The notes under the pieces: generated by a model | The model's input: only the letters and a program-made list of their open reading frames with translations | What the model was told of the DNA's origin: nothing | Databases searched by the model: none | DNA from: Enterobacteriaceae endosymbiont of Donacia provostii | GTDB lineage: Bacteria > Pseudomonadota > Gammaproteobacteria > Enterobacterales > Enterobacteriaceae | NCBI RefSeq assembly: GCF_012570145.1 | Contig: NZ_CP046206.1 | Span: forward strand, 272,324-304,323 | Direction: 5' to 3' | Length of the DNA stretch: 32,000 bases | In this document: positions 8,186 to 18,509 of the stretch, one piece after another | Numbering within the stretch: position 1 is the first letter of the stretch | Layout: every line of letters starts with the position of its first letter | Made by a program: the position numbers and the translations under genes

Positions 8186-9385
8186 ATGAGATTTGGTATA
8201 TTTAAAATTTTAATACTTTTATTATTTTCAATTAGTATTGTTCATGCTAATGAAATTTATAATAAAAATGGACAAAAAATGGATTTATATGAATCCTTAG
8301 AAATTAAAAGAACTTATGCTAATAATGATGTAAATATTTTAAGAAAATATCAAAATACTATATCAAATGTTATCTTAGGATTTAAGGGGATAACAAATAT
8401 ATCTAATAATGTTTATGGTTATGCACAATTTGAATATAGTTTACCAATAAATCAAAAAGAAATAGATAGTAACGTTTTTCCATCAATGCGTTTAGGTTTA
8501 ATAGGATTAAGTTTTAATAATGGTAACAATTCTATAGATTTCGGAAGAAATTATGGAATATTATATGATGTAACTTCTTATGCAAAAAAAAGTTTATTTT
8601 TTACAGATGAATTTATGTATAATAATAATGATAAATTTATGTTTGGAAGAACAAATAATCTTATAACTTATAGAAATAAAAATTTTTTTAATTTAATTAA
8701 AGGACTAAATTTTGCTTTACAATACAAAGGATTATATATCCCTAAAGAAGATTTTTATAGTAATTTAGAAAAACAAGATATTTATATAGATAAAGAAAAA
8801 AATAGACATGGATGGGGTACTTCTATTTCTTATAAATTAGGAGATTCTGGAGTTAGTTTTATATATTCTTATTTTAATGCTTTAAAAATAAATAATAAAA
8901 ATAATAAAATCTTTCTTATAAAAGAAAAAAGTTATAATAACGAAAAAGAAAACGATAAAAATAATAACAATATTAAAGCTTTTGCAATTGGAGCAAAATA
9001 CGAAAAAAATAATATTTATTTAGCAGCTGTTTTTAGTGAAGCTTATAATTCATTAATATATTTAGCTGATTATAGATATTTATTTGCTCATAAAATTAAA
9101 AATTTAGAAATCATTGGACAATACAAATTTAGTAATGAATTACAAACTATTGTTTCTTATGTGCAATCTGAAGGAAGTAATATACCTGGGGGTAGACATT
9201 TTGATGGAGGAAATATTAATTTTGTAAAATATGTATCTGTTGATACAATATATAAATTTAATAAAAATTTATCTGCTTATATAAGCTATCGTATTAATTT
9301 ATTAAGTAAAAATAACAGATATATAAATACTAATCATATTTTTCATCATAATTTATTTGGTATCGGTTTGATTTATAAATTTTAA
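8186..9385 (+). CDS. ompF: General-diffusion outer-membrane porin (OmpF/OmpC family)
   Basis: 399 aa. A signal peptide (MRFGIFKILILLLFSISIVHA) is followed by NEIYNKNGQKMDLY (E. coli AEIYNKDGNKVDLY). Other matches are DFGRNYG, YRNKNFF..GLNFALQY, KYEKNNIYLAA and a C-terminal ...GLIYKF. It lies immediately downstream of asnS, as in E. coli. N/K-rich insertions (about 8881-8977) lengthen a loop relative to E. coli OmpF. Confidence 0.88.
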   Translation: MRFGIFKILILLLFSISIVHANEIYNKNGQKMDLYESLEIKRTYANNDVNILRKYQNTISNVILGFKGITNISNNVYGYAQFEYSLPINQKEIDSNVFPSMRLGLIGLSFNNGNNSIDFGRNYGILYDVTSYAKKSLFFTDEFMYNNNDKFMFGRTNNLITYRNKNFFNLIKGLNFALQYKGLYIPKEDFYSNLEKQDIYIDKEKNRHGWGTSISYKLGDSGVSFIYSYFNALKINNKNNKIFLIKEKSYNNEKENDKNNNNIKAFAIGAKYEKNNIYLAAVFSEAYNSLIYLADYRYLFAHKIKNLEIIGQYKFSNELQTIVSYVQSEGSNIPGGRHFDGGNINFVKYVSVDTIYKFNKNLSAYISYRINLLSKNNRYINTNHIFHHNLFGIGLIYKF

Positions 9386-9493
9386 TTTAATTATAAAAAT
9401 TTTATATGTTATGATAATGATAATATATAGTTATTTTTTTAATTTTAAAATTTTTAATAAAGAAATAAACCTATAAAAATAGTTATTTTATTT

Positions 9494-10111
9494 TTAAATT
9501 AATTTTTTTACTTCAAAAATAGAAGTTTTTTTTCCATGACCTGGTAATATAATATTATCTTTATCTTTTGATAAAGATAATATTTTTTTTATAGATTTTT
9601 TTAAAATATAAAAATTACTTTTAGGTAAATCTGTTCTGCCTATATTATTTTTAAAAATAATATCACCTGAAATTATTACATGATGTGATTTATTAAAAAA
9701 CACTATATGACCAGGTGTATGTCCAGGAAGATGATATACATGAAAATTAATTTTTCCTATAAAAATATTTTGATTATTTTTTAACCATATATTATTTTTA
9801 AATTTACAACATGGAAGATTAAACATTTTATTTTGTAATTTTATATTCTTGATCCAAAAAATATCCTCTCTATGAGGACCTAAAACAGGTATATCTAATA
9901 TTTTAGATAAAATATAAGCTGCACCAATATGGTCTAAATGACCGTGAGTAATTAAAATTTTAGTTATCTTTAACTTATATTTTTTTAATATAATTAAAAT
10001 TTTTTTATATTCTCCTCCAGGATCGATAAGTGCTGCTTGAAATGTTTTTGTACACCATATTAAATAACAATTTTGATTAAAATTAGTAACAGGGATAATT
10101 TTATATTTCAT
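9494..10111 (-). CDS. gloC: MBL-fold metallo-hydrolase / hydroxyacylglutathione hydrolase GloC (YcbL)
   Basis: 205 aa. MKYKIIPVTNFNQNCYLIWC...AALIDPGGE matches E. coli YcbL [20 protein letters not shown]...AALVDPGGD. The zinc motif THGHLDHIG is present. Confidence 0.82.
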   Translation of the reverse strand: MKYKIIPVTNFNQNCYLIWCTKTFQAALIDPGGEYKKILIILKKYKLKITKILITHGHLDHIGAAYILSKILDIPVLGPHREDIFWIKNIKLQNKMFNLPCCKFKNNIWLKNNQNIFIGKINFHVYHLPGHTPGHIVFFNKSHHVIISGDIIFKNNIGRTDLPKSNFYILKKSIKKILSLSKDKDNIILPGHGKKTSIFEVKKLI

Positions 10112-10120
10112 ATTAACTAT

Positions 10121-11773
10121 TCAAATTTTTTTAGCTGCTTTAAAAGCTTCTGTCATAATATTCGAAAAATTATTATGTTTATTTTTCTTAATAATTTTAC
10201 TTTCTATGGATTTGATATTAATAGTTATATTAACAATCCTAATTTTACGATCAATATTACTAATTTTACCTTCTATTTTTTGTCCTATTTTAAAATATTT
10301 TATGATATTTTCAATTCTATTTTTATATTCATTTAATTTAATATTACCTAATATTCCATTATTAAGTTTTAATTTAATGTTTTTATTATCTATATTCGTA
10401 ATAACACCTGTAATTAAATTATTTTTTTTATATTCTGAAATATAATAATTTAAAGGATCTTCTGTTAATTGTTTAATACCTAAAGAAATTCTTTCTCTTT
10501 CTGAATCTACTTGTAAAACCATAGCAGTAATAATATCATTTTTCTTATATTTAAGAATTTCATCTTCTCCATTATTTGTCCAAGATAAATCAGATAAATG
10601 TACTAAACCATCTATTCCTCCAATTAAACCAATAAAAATTCCAAAATCTGTAATTGATTTAATTTTTCCATTAACACAGTCACCTTTTTTATAATTTTTA
10701 GCAAATTCTAACCAAGGATTAACAGTACATTGTTTAATACCTAAAGAAATTCTTCTTCTTTCTTCATCAATATCTAATACCATTACTTCAACTTTACTAT
10801 TTACAGACACTATTTTCGTAGGATGTATATTTTTATTTGTCCAATCCATTTCAGAAACATGTACTAATCCCTCAATACCTTCCTGAATTTCAACAAAACA
10901 CCCATAATCAGTTAAATTAGTTACACGTCCTATTAATTTACTATTTTCTGGATAACGTTTAGATATAGATTTCCATGGATCTTCACCTAATTGTTTTAAT
11001 CCTAATGAAACACGTACTTTTTCTTTATCAAATTTTAATATCTTAACCTTAATATTATCTCCAATATTTACAATTTCGCTAGGATGTTTTACTCTTTTCC
11101 ATGCCATATCTGTAATATGTAAAAGTCCATCAACTCCCCCTAAATCAACAAACGCTCCATAGTCAGTAAGATTTTTTACTAATCCATTTATTTCCATACC
11201 CTCATATAGGGTATTAAGTAATAAGTTTCTTTCAACACTATTCTCTGATTCTATAACTGCTTTTCTAGAAACAACAACATTATTTCTTTTTTTATCTAAT
11301 TTTATTACTTTAAAATCTAATTCTTTTCCTTCCAAATGAGAAGTATCTCTAATAGGTCTAATATCAATCAAAGATCCTGGTAAAAAAGCTCTAATATTAT
11401 TAAGATCTACTGTAAATCCTCCTTTAACTTTACCGTTTATGATACCCTTAATATTATTTTTATTTATATTAGCTTTTTCTAAAAATAACCATGATTCATG
11501 TCTTTTAGCTTTTTCTCTAGATAAAATAGTTTCACCAAATCCATCTTCTATAGAATCTAGTGCTAAGTCTATAACATCACCTATTTTAATTTCAAGTTCA
11601 CCTTTTATATTTTTAAATTGTGAAATAGGAATATAAGATTCTGATTTTAAACCTGCATCTACTAAAACAACATCTTTTTCAATAGCAATAACAGTTCCAG
11701 AAACAATAGATCCTAAATTAATAATTTTATTTTTCGATGATTTTTCAAATAATTTAGCAAAACATTCATTCAT
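10121..11773 (-). CDS. rpsA: 30S ribosomal protein S1
   Basis: 550 aa with six S1 repeats. [12 protein letters not shown]...[26 protein letters not shown] matches E. coli MTESFAQLFEES...[26 protein letters not shown]. Confidence 0.97.
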   Translation of the reverse strand: MNECFAKLFEKSSKNKIINLGSIVSGTVIAIEKDVVLVDAGLKSESYIPISQFKNIKGELEIKIGDVIDLALDSIEDGFGETILSREKAKRHESWLFLEKANINKNNIKGIINGKVKGGFTVDLNNIRAFLPGSLIDIRPIRDTSHLEGKELDFKVIKLDKKRNNVVVSRKAVIESENSVERNLLLNTLYEGMEINGLVKNLTDYGAFVDLGGVDGLLHITDMAWKRVKHPSEIVNIGDNIKVKILKFDKEKVRVSLGLKQLGEDPWKSISKRYPENSKLIGRVTNLTDYGCFVEIQEGIEGLVHVSEMDWTNKNIHPTKIVSVNSKVEVMVLDIDEERRRISLGIKQCTVNPWLEFAKNYKKGDCVNGKIKSITDFGIFIGLIGGIDGLVHLSDLSWTNNGEDEILKYKKNDIITAMVLQVDSERERISLGIKQLTEDPLNYYISEYKKNNLITGVITNIDNKNIKLKLNNGILGNIKLNEYKNRIENIIKYFKIGQKIEGKISNIDRKIRIVNITINIKSIESKIIKKNKHNNFSNIMTEAFKAAKKI

Positions 11774-11835
11774 ATTAGTAACTTTTAAATATTTTAAAAT
11801 AAATATTAACTTAAATCATATTAAGTATTATTTAT

Positions 11836-11865
11836 TAAATAAAAACTCATACATTCCTTTTATGA
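11836..11865 (-). terminator. Weak hairpin plus T-run downstream of aroA. Either a candidate intrinsic terminator or an rpsA leader structure.
   Basis: The minus strand reads CTCATA-aaaggaatg-TATGAG (6-bp stem, 9-nt loop; 11865-11845) followed by TTTTTATTT. The stem is short and T-runs are ubiquitous here, so support is low. Confidence 0.25.
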
Positions 11866-11967
11866 GAAAATTAAATATTATATACATAATATATATGTAT
11901 ATAACATTAATAATTTTTTTCTGCAACTATATATTATATTTTTTCATATACTAAAATCATTTATTAT

Positions 11968-13269
11968 TTAATAATAATGGCTAATTTTTTTAAATTCTGT
12001 AAAAAAATTTGGATATGTTTTTGTAGTACAATTAGGATTTATAATAATTACAGGATTTTTAGATAATGATAATAATGAAAAACACATAGCTATACGATGA
12101 TCGTTATAGGTTTCAATAATAGTTTTTTTAATATATTTAGGAGGTTTAATTGTAATAAAATCTTTACCTGTAATAATAATAGCTCCAGTTTTTTTTAATT
12201 CATTAGACATTGCTGTTAAACGATCAGTTTCTTTTACTCTCCAATTATATATATTTTTAATAGTTGTAATACCTTTAGCAAATAAACTTACTACTGCTAG
12301 TGTCATAGCTACATCTGGAATATCATTTAAATCCATATTAATGGATTGTAAAATACCTTTTTTTGTACAACTAATATAATTTGAACCATAAGAGATTATG
12401 GCACCCATTTTTTTTAAAATATTTACATATTTTATATCACCTTGAATACTTTTATTATTTAAATTTTTTAAAATTACTGTACCTCCCTTAATTGCAGCAG
12501 CTGCTAAAAAATATGATGCAGAAGATGCATCTCCCTCAATGACATATTTTTTTGGAGAAATATAAGTTTGTTTACCAATAATTTTAAATTGTTTATAATT
12601 ATTATTATTTACATTAATACCAAAAATTTTCATTAGTTTAATAGTCATATCTATATATGGTTTAGATACTAAATGACCATTTACATTAATTAATGTATCA
12701 TAATTTAATAATGGACTTATAATTAATAAAGAAGTTAAAAATTGACTTGAAATCGAACCATCTATTACAAGATTATTATTAATATAATTTTTAAAACCCC
12801 CCCTTAGGTGTATAGGAGGAAAGTATTTATTTTCTAAATAACTAATTTTAGCACCTCCGGTTTTTAATGTATCTACAAGATGTTTTATAGGCCTTTCTTT
12901 CATTCTAGGTTCACCGGTTAAAATAATATCACAAGTATTATTTAACGATAATAATGCTGTTAGTGGTCTTATTACAGTTCCTGCATTACCTAAATAAAGT
13001 TTTATTTTATTTATAGGTTTAAAATATCCATTATTACCTATTATAAAACAATTTTTTTTGTTATTTGATAAAGTATAATTAATTCCTAATTTTTGTAATG
13101 CATTTAACATATGTTGTACATCATCACTATCTAATAGATTTACTAATTCAGTATTTCCTTTTGATAAAGCAGATAATAATAATACCCTGTTTGAAATACT
13201 TTTTGATCCTGGTAACTTTATAGTACCTTGAATTTTTTTTACTGGTTTTAAAAATAAAATATTTTTCAT
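11968..13269 (-). CDS. aroA: 3-phosphoshikimate 1-carboxyvinyltransferase (EPSP synthase)
   Basis: 433 aa. GTIKLPGSKSISNRVLLLSAL matches E. coli [21 protein letters not shown]. It follows serC, as in the E. coli serC-aroA operon. Confidence 0.96.
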   Translation of the reverse strand: MKNILFLKPVKKIQGTIKLPGSKSISNRVLLLSALSKGNTELVNLLDSDDVQHMLNALQKLGINYTLSNNKKNCFIIGNNGYFKPINKIKLYLGNAGTVIRPLTALLSLNNTCDIILTGEPRMKERPIKHLVDTLKTGGAKISYLENKYFPPIHLRGGFKNYINNNLVIDGSISSQFLTSLLIISPLLNYDTLINVNGHLVSKPYIDMTIKLMKIFGINVNNNNYKQFKIIGKQTYISPKKYVIEGDASSASYFLAAAAIKGGTVILKNLNNKSIQGDIKYVNILKKMGAIISYGSNYISCTKKGILQSINMDLNDIPDVAMTLAVVSLFAKGITTIKNIYNWRVKETDRLTAMSNELKKTGAIIITGKDFITIKPPKYIKKTIIETYNDHRIAMCFSLLSLSKNPVIIINPNCTTKTYPNFFTEFKKISHYY

Positions 13270-13308
13270 TATATATTAATTAATTAAATTTTAAATTTAT
13301 CATAACAT

Positions 13309-14412
13309 TTATCCGTAATTTTTTTCAAAATCACGCATAAAATTTATTAATTTTTTTACTCCTTCTATAGGCATAGCATTATATATAGAAGCTCTTAATC
13401 CTCCTATTATTTTATGTCCTTTTAAATAATATAATCCATTTTCTTGAGCTTTTTTTATAAAAAAACTTTCTTTTTTTTGTTCTTGTAAAGAAAAAGTAAC
13501 ATTTGTTATAGACCGGTTAGAAGGTATTATTTTATTTATATAAAAACTACTTTGATCTATAGCATTATATAATAATTTTGATTTTTTTTGATTTATTTTA
13601 CTAATATATTTAATTCCTCCTATTTTTTTTAACCATTTTAAAATTAAGCTAGATAAATATAAAGAAAATGTAGGAGGTGTATTAAACATAGAATTATGTT
13701 TAGATATAATATTATAATCTAATACTGAAGGTATTTCTTTACGTTTTTTAGTATTTTGATAAATTAAATCTTTTCTAATAATTATTAAAGTTAATCCTGC
13801 AGTACCAATATTTTTTTGTGCACTTGCATATATTAATCCATAATTTTTGATATTTATTTCTTTTGCAAGAATTAAAGATGATAAATCAGCTATAATAATT
13901 TTATTTTTTAATTTAGGTTCTTCAGGTTCTTCATTAATTGCAATACCTTCTATAGTTTCATTAGGACAATAATGTATATATTTTGAATTTGAACTTAAAT
14001 GCCAATTTTTTATTTTTTTTATATAAAATATATCCTTTTTTTTTTTTACTGGATTAATAATATTGGGTAAACAATATTTTTTTGCTTCATTTATAGCTTG
14101 TAAAGACCAATGACCAATATTTACATAATCAGCTGTTTCATTATAATATAATAGATTCATAGGTATTGCAGCAAATTGTGTTCTAGCTCCTCCTTGACAA
14201 AATAATATATCATATTGTTCTGGTATATGAATTAATTCTCTTAAATCATTTTTCATATTTTGTAATAAATTTATAAAATCGCTACTACGATGACTAATTT
14301 CCATAACTGAAACATTTAAATTATTCCAATTAATTAATTCTTTTTGTACTTGTTTTAACACTTCATAAGGTATGGTAGCAGGACCTGGACTAAAATTAAA
14401 TATTTTATACAT
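13309..14412 (-). CDS. serC: Phosphoserine aminotransferase
   Basis: MYKIFNFSPGPATIPYEVLKQ matches E. coli [21 protein letters not shown]. The track ORF starts 7 codons earlier at a TTG (14433). I prefer the ATG at 14412, which has AGGA about 11 nt upstream. Confidence 0.94.
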   Translation of the reverse strand: MYKIFNFSPGPATIPYEVLKQVQKELINWNNLNVSVMEISHRSSDFINLLQNMKNDLRELIHIPEQYDILFCQGGARTQFAAIPMNLLYYNETADYVNIGHWSLQAINEAKKYCLPNIINPVKKKKDIFYIKKIKNWHLSSNSKYIHYCPNETIEGIAINEEPEEPKLKNKIIIADLSSLILAKEINIKNYGLIYASAQKNIGTAGLTLIIIRKDLIYQNTKKRKEIPSVLDYNIISKHNSMFNTPPTFSLYLSSLILKWLKKIGGIKYISKINQKKSKLLYNAIDQSSFYINKIIPSNRSITNVTFSLQEQKKESFFIKKAQENGLYYLKGHKIIGGLRASIYNAMPIEGVKKLINFMRDFEKNYG

Positions 14413-14462
14413 ATTTATATATCCTATTTTCAATATATTAAAAAATAAAAATTTTGTTTAAA

Positions 14463-15563
14463 TTATATTTTATCATGAGTATACATAGACATAATAATTC
14501 CAAAATTAGCCATAATAACTACAAGTGATGTACCTCCATAACTAAGAAATGGTAAGGGAATACCTACTATAGGGAGTAGACCACTCACCATACTAATATT
14601 AATAAATATACATAAAAATAACATAAATGTTATACCACTAATTATTAGTTTATTAAAAAAATTACGACATTGAAAGGCTAAATATAAACTTCGTATTATT
14701 AATAATAAATATATAAAAATTATAAATAATGATCCTACAAAACCAAATTCTTCTGCTAATACAGAAAAAACAAAATCAGTATGTTTTTCTGGTAAAAAAT
14801 TTAATTGTGTTTGTGTCCCGTGTAACCATCCTTTACCCAATAAACCTCCAGAACTAATTGCAGTTTTAGATTGAAAAATATGATATCCTATTCCTAATAA
14901 ATCATAATGTGTTTTTAATAACATTAACATTCTTTCTCTTTGATAGTCATGTAGTAAAAACATCCATGCAAAAGGGAGAAAAATTATAAATAAAATAGTA
15001 CTATTTATGATTATTTTCCATGATAAACCAGATAAAAATATAATAATTATACCAGACAAACTAATTAATATTGCAGTACCTAAATCTGGTTGTTTTGCTA
15101 CTAATATTGTAGGTATTAGGATAATGATGATAACTTTTAAAAATGTTTTGATGTTAATAGGATATTGTATTTTATTCATAATATGAGAAATTATTAGGGG
15201 AACAGCTATTTTTACCATTTCAGATGGTTGAAATTTAACAAAATATATATTTAACCATCTTTGTGCTCCTTTTGTAGTATGCCCAAAAAATTCTACAGCA
15301 ATTAATAAAATAATACAAAACCAATAAAATAAAACAGAATATTTTTCATAAATATCTGGATGTATTTGTGCTGCAATTAACATTACTATAAAACCTATAA
15401 AAATTTGAATTATTTTATGTTTAATAAAATTATAATGGTATAATCCTGTTGCACTCCATGTTATAAATAAACTAATAATTAAAATTAAGGTTATTAACAT
15501 TATTAATATTAGATCTATATGTAATATAGAATTAAGAAAATAATTAATTTTTTTTTTTTTCAT
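14463..15563 (-). CDS. mrdB: Peptidoglycan glycosyltransferase RodA (SEDS family, elongasome)
   Basis: 366 aa, polytopic. It has the QPSE motif region (FQPSEMVKIAVPL), KQPDLGTA and a C-terminal PLPFLSYGGTSLV, typical of RodA/FtsW. It is adjacent to and downstream of mrdA, as in E. coli. Confidence 0.92.
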   Translation of the reverse strand: MKKKKINYFLNSILHIDLILIMLITLILIISLFITWSATGLYHYNFIKHKIIQIFIGFIVMLIAAQIHPDIYEKYSVLFYWFCIILLIAVEFFGHTTKGAQRWLNIYFVKFQPSEMVKIAVPLIISHIMNKIQYPINIKTFLKVIIIILIPTILVAKQPDLGTAILISLSGIIIIFLSGLSWKIIINSTILFIIFLPFAWMFLLHDYQRERMLMLLKTHYDLLGIGYHIFQSKTAISSGGLLGKGWLHGTQTQLNFLPEKHTDFVFSVLAEEFGFVGSLFIIFIYLLLIIRSLYLAFQCRNFFNKLIISGITFMLFLCIFINISMVSGLLPIVGIPLPFLSYGGTSLVVIMANFGIIMSMYTHDKI

Positions 15564-15587
15564 AATAAAAGTATATAATTTAATAGT

Positions 15588-17462
15588 TTAATTTAAAAAT
15601 TTTTCTTGATGTATAAAAATATAATCCCAAATTTTTCTTGAAACATCTCCAACTGAAACAGTAGTATCACTATTCTCTATAACTATAGTCATAGCTATTC
15701 TAGGTTTATTAAATGGACCAAAAGATATAAGAAGTTTATGATCTCTTAATTTTTTTTCTATTATATGAATATTATATTTTTTTTTCTTTTTTAAATTAAA
15801 AACTTGTGCAGTTCCTGTTTTGGCTGCTACTTTATAATTTTTAACAGTAGAAAAATACTTATAAATAGTACCATTCTTATGGTTAACTACATTATACATT
15901 CCTTTTTTTATTATATTCCAGTATTCAATAGGTAAAATAATAACTCTATTATATTTTGGTGATGAATAATAAGAAAAAATATTATTTAGCTTTATCTTTT
16001 TTAAGATATGTAAAGGAATACTAATTCCATTATTTACTAGTATAGTTAATGCATTATGTATTTGTATAGGAGTAGCATTCCAATAACTTTGTCCTATACC
16101 TACTGAAATAGTATCGCCTATATACCAGGGTACATGTATATTTTTCATTTTCCATTGTTTATTAGGTATATTACCTTTTTTTTCATTAAAAAGATCAATA
16201 TTTGTTATATTTCCATAACCAAATTTTATCATCCATTTATATATTGTATTTATTCCTATATTATAAGCTATTTTATAAAAAAAAGAATCAGATGATTCTT
16301 GTAATGCTTTTATAATATTTAAATATCCATGACCATTAATTTTCCAATCTTTATAAATTGTATTAAATTTAGGAATTTTCCACCATCCTGGATCAAATAA
16401 TATAGTATTTTTATTTATTAAATTTAAATTTAATGCTATTAAAGCAATATATGGTTTTACAGTAGAAGCTGGAGGATAAATTCCTTGAATAGTTCTATTA
16501 ATTAATAAATCATCGTTACTTTTTAATAAAAAATCTATATTATTTTTTTCTAAATTATTTATAAAAATATTAGGATCAAAACTAGGTGTTGAAACCATAG
16601 CTAAAATTTCTCCATTTTTTGTATCACTAATAATAACAGCACCTTTTTTATCACTCATTAATGAGTGAATATAATTTTGTAAATTATAATCAAGTGTTAA
16701 ATAAATATCACTACCTGTATAAGCTTTTTTTTCATATATATTATATGAAAAAATACCTTTATTATTTACTGCAATTTTTTGATAACCAGGAACACCATAT
16801 AATATATTATTATAATATCTTTCAATACCATTTATACCTTTACTGGAATTATCCTTATAATTTTCTACAGAATGTTTTTTTTTTAAAAAAATTATATTTT
16901 TTTGATCAAGAAAATTTATATAACCTACTACATGAGCAAAAATATCACTTTGAGGATAAAAACGTTTCTGATAAATTTTAAATGATATATTAGGAAAATT
17001 GAATTTATTTACTAAAAATTTTGATATTTGTTTATGATCTAAATCAATTTTTAATATAATTGGTTTTGAAGGATATTGTTTTTTTTGTTTTTTTATAAAA
17101 TTAGAAAAATCACATTGATTAATATCTAATTTTAATATTTTTTGTAAAATAAAAAAATTTATATAGAAATCTTCAAAATTTTTATATTTAATTGTAATTT
17201 GATAAAAATTTATATTTTTAGCTAAAATTATACCATTTCTATCATAAATTAATCCTCTATTTGGTTTTAAAAAAAAAAATCCTACATAATTTTGTTCAGC
17301 TTTTAATTTAAATTTTTTATAAGATAAAATTTGTAAATAATATAAATTGTATATTACGATTAATACAAATATTAAAAATATTTTAATTAATATTTTAATT
17401 CTTTTTGTTAGAATTTTTGATTTTATTATATGATTTTGTAAAAAATTATTATTTACATTCAT
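15588..17462 (-). CDS. mrdA: Penicillin-binding protein 2 (peptidoglycan D,D-transpeptidase MrdA)
   Basis: 624 aa with an N-terminal TM anchor. The transpeptidase motifs STVK (PPASTVKPY) and KTGT (AAKTGTAQV) are present. It is paired with rodA. Confidence 0.92.
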   Translation of the reverse strand: MNVNNNFLQNHIIKSKILTKRIKILIKIFLIFVLIVIYNLYYLQILSYKKFKLKAEQNYVGFFFLKPNRGLIYDRNGIILAKNINFYQITIKYKNFEDFYINFFILQKILKLDINQCDFSNFIKKQKKQYPSKPIILKIDLDHKQISKFLVNKFNFPNISFKIYQKRFYPQSDIFAHVVGYINFLDQKNIIFLKKKHSVENYKDNSSKGINGIERYYNNILYGVPGYQKIAVNNKGIFSYNIYEKKAYTGSDIYLTLDYNLQNYIHSLMSDKKGAVIISDTKNGEILAMVSTPSFDPNIFINNLEKNNIDFLLKSNDDLLINRTIQGIYPPASTVKPYIALIALNLNLINKNTILFDPGWWKIPKFNTIYKDWKINGHGYLNIIKALQESSDSFFYKIAYNIGINTIYKWMIKFGYGNITNIDLFNEKKGNIPNKQWKMKNIHVPWYIGDTISVGIGQSYWNATPIQIHNALTILVNNGISIPLHILKKIKLNNIFSYYSSPKYNRVIILPIEYWNIIKKGMYNVVNHKNGTIYKYFSTVKNYKVAAKTGTAQVFNLKKKKKYNIHIIEKKLRDHKLLISFGPFNKPRIAMTIVIENSDTTVSVGDVSRKIWDYIFIHQEKFLN

Positions 17463-17494
17463 AATGATTTCATACCTATATAATTAAAAATATT

Positions 17495-18505
17495 TTATGA
17501 TATTAATAAAATTAATTTTTCTAAATCTATCCAAAAATATTTTTCTGTATAGTTTTTTATTATAAAACTTTTAATATTTATTTCAATTTTTAGTAAGAAT
17601 TTTATTATTAAAAATAATTGTTTATAATTAATTCTATTTAAAAATTTTATAAAAATTTTTTGTTTTGATACAGGTATTGATAATTTTTTAAAAATTAAAT
17701 TAGTAGGTTTTTTTTTATATTTTTTATATATTTCTAAAATTAGAAAAATATTTTTGTATAATTTATTTAAAATTAAAAAAATATTTGATTTATGATATTT
17801 TATTTGTGTAATTAATTGAAAACTTTTTTTTAAGTCTCCTATTAAAATATAATCAATAAAATTTTCCTCTTTTAAATAGGAGAAAAAATTAAAATAATTT
17901 TTATATAAAATATGATTATTATTTTTTTTTTGTATATATAAATCATTAATAATTTGATTTAACAAAGTTAAATTTTTTGCGTAAGAATTTTTTAATAAAA
18001 AAATTAAATTTTTATCTATAATTAGATTTAATCTTTTAAAAGATAAATTAATCCAATTATCTAATTGATAATTATTTAATTTATTATTTTTTATAAATAA
18101 ACAGTTATCATTATTTATAATATTTTTTATTAATTTTTCTATATTAAAATTTATATAATCATGAATTTCTAAAATAAGAATATTATTTTTATCTATATTT
18201 TTTAATAAAAAAATAATATTTTTTTGACATTGGAAAAAAATATTCTTATTTAAAAAAAGTAAATGTATAATTTTTTTCGTACAAAAAAAATCTTTTATAA
18301 TAAGTTCAGAAAAAATTTTATTCCAAATTATCTTATTATCTATAATAATAATTTTTTTTTTAATAAAATTTAAACTCAATAATTTTTTTAATAATAAATT
18401 TAAATTTTTTTTCAAAAAAAATAATTCATCACCTGCTATAATATAGCAATAATATCTTTTATTATACATATTGATATAAAAATTATTACATATTTTATCA
18501 TTCAT
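17495..18505 (-). CDS. holA: DNA polymerase III subunit delta (very divergent)
   Basis: 336 aa against about 343 in E. coli. It sits directly downstream of leuS and upstream of mrdA, in the E. coli leuS-lptE-holA context. The N-terminal YCYIIAGDELFFLKK resembles E. coli AYLLLGNDPLLLQES. The rest is I/K/N/L-rich and not alignable by eye. Confidence 0.6.
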   Translation of the reverse strand: MNDKICNNFYINMYNKRYYCYIIAGDELFFLKKNLNLLLKKLLSLNFIKKKIIIIDNKIIWNKIFSELIIKDFFCTKKIIHLLFLNKNIFFQCQKNIIFLLKNIDKNNILILEIHDYINFNIEKLIKNIINNDNCLFIKNNKLNNYQLDNWINLSFKRLNLIIDKNLIFLLKNSYAKNLTLLNQIINDLYIQKKNNNHILYKNYFNFFSYLKEENFIDYILIGDLKKSFQLITQIKYHKSNIFLILNKLYKNIFLILEIYKKYKKKPTNLIFKKLSIPVSKQKIFIKFLNRINYKQLFLIIKFLLKIEINIKSFIIKNYTEKYFWIDLEKLILLIS

Positions 18506-18509
18506 GTAT

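Noticed and set aside
10073-11636. Three plus-strand ORFs (10073-10336, 10206-10445, 11439-11636) antisense to rpsA and gloC
   Set aside because: rpsA is relatively G/C-richer, so its antisense frames run longer without A/T-rich stop codons. The translations are I/L/F/S low-complexity with no motifs. rpsA on the opposite strand is unambiguous.
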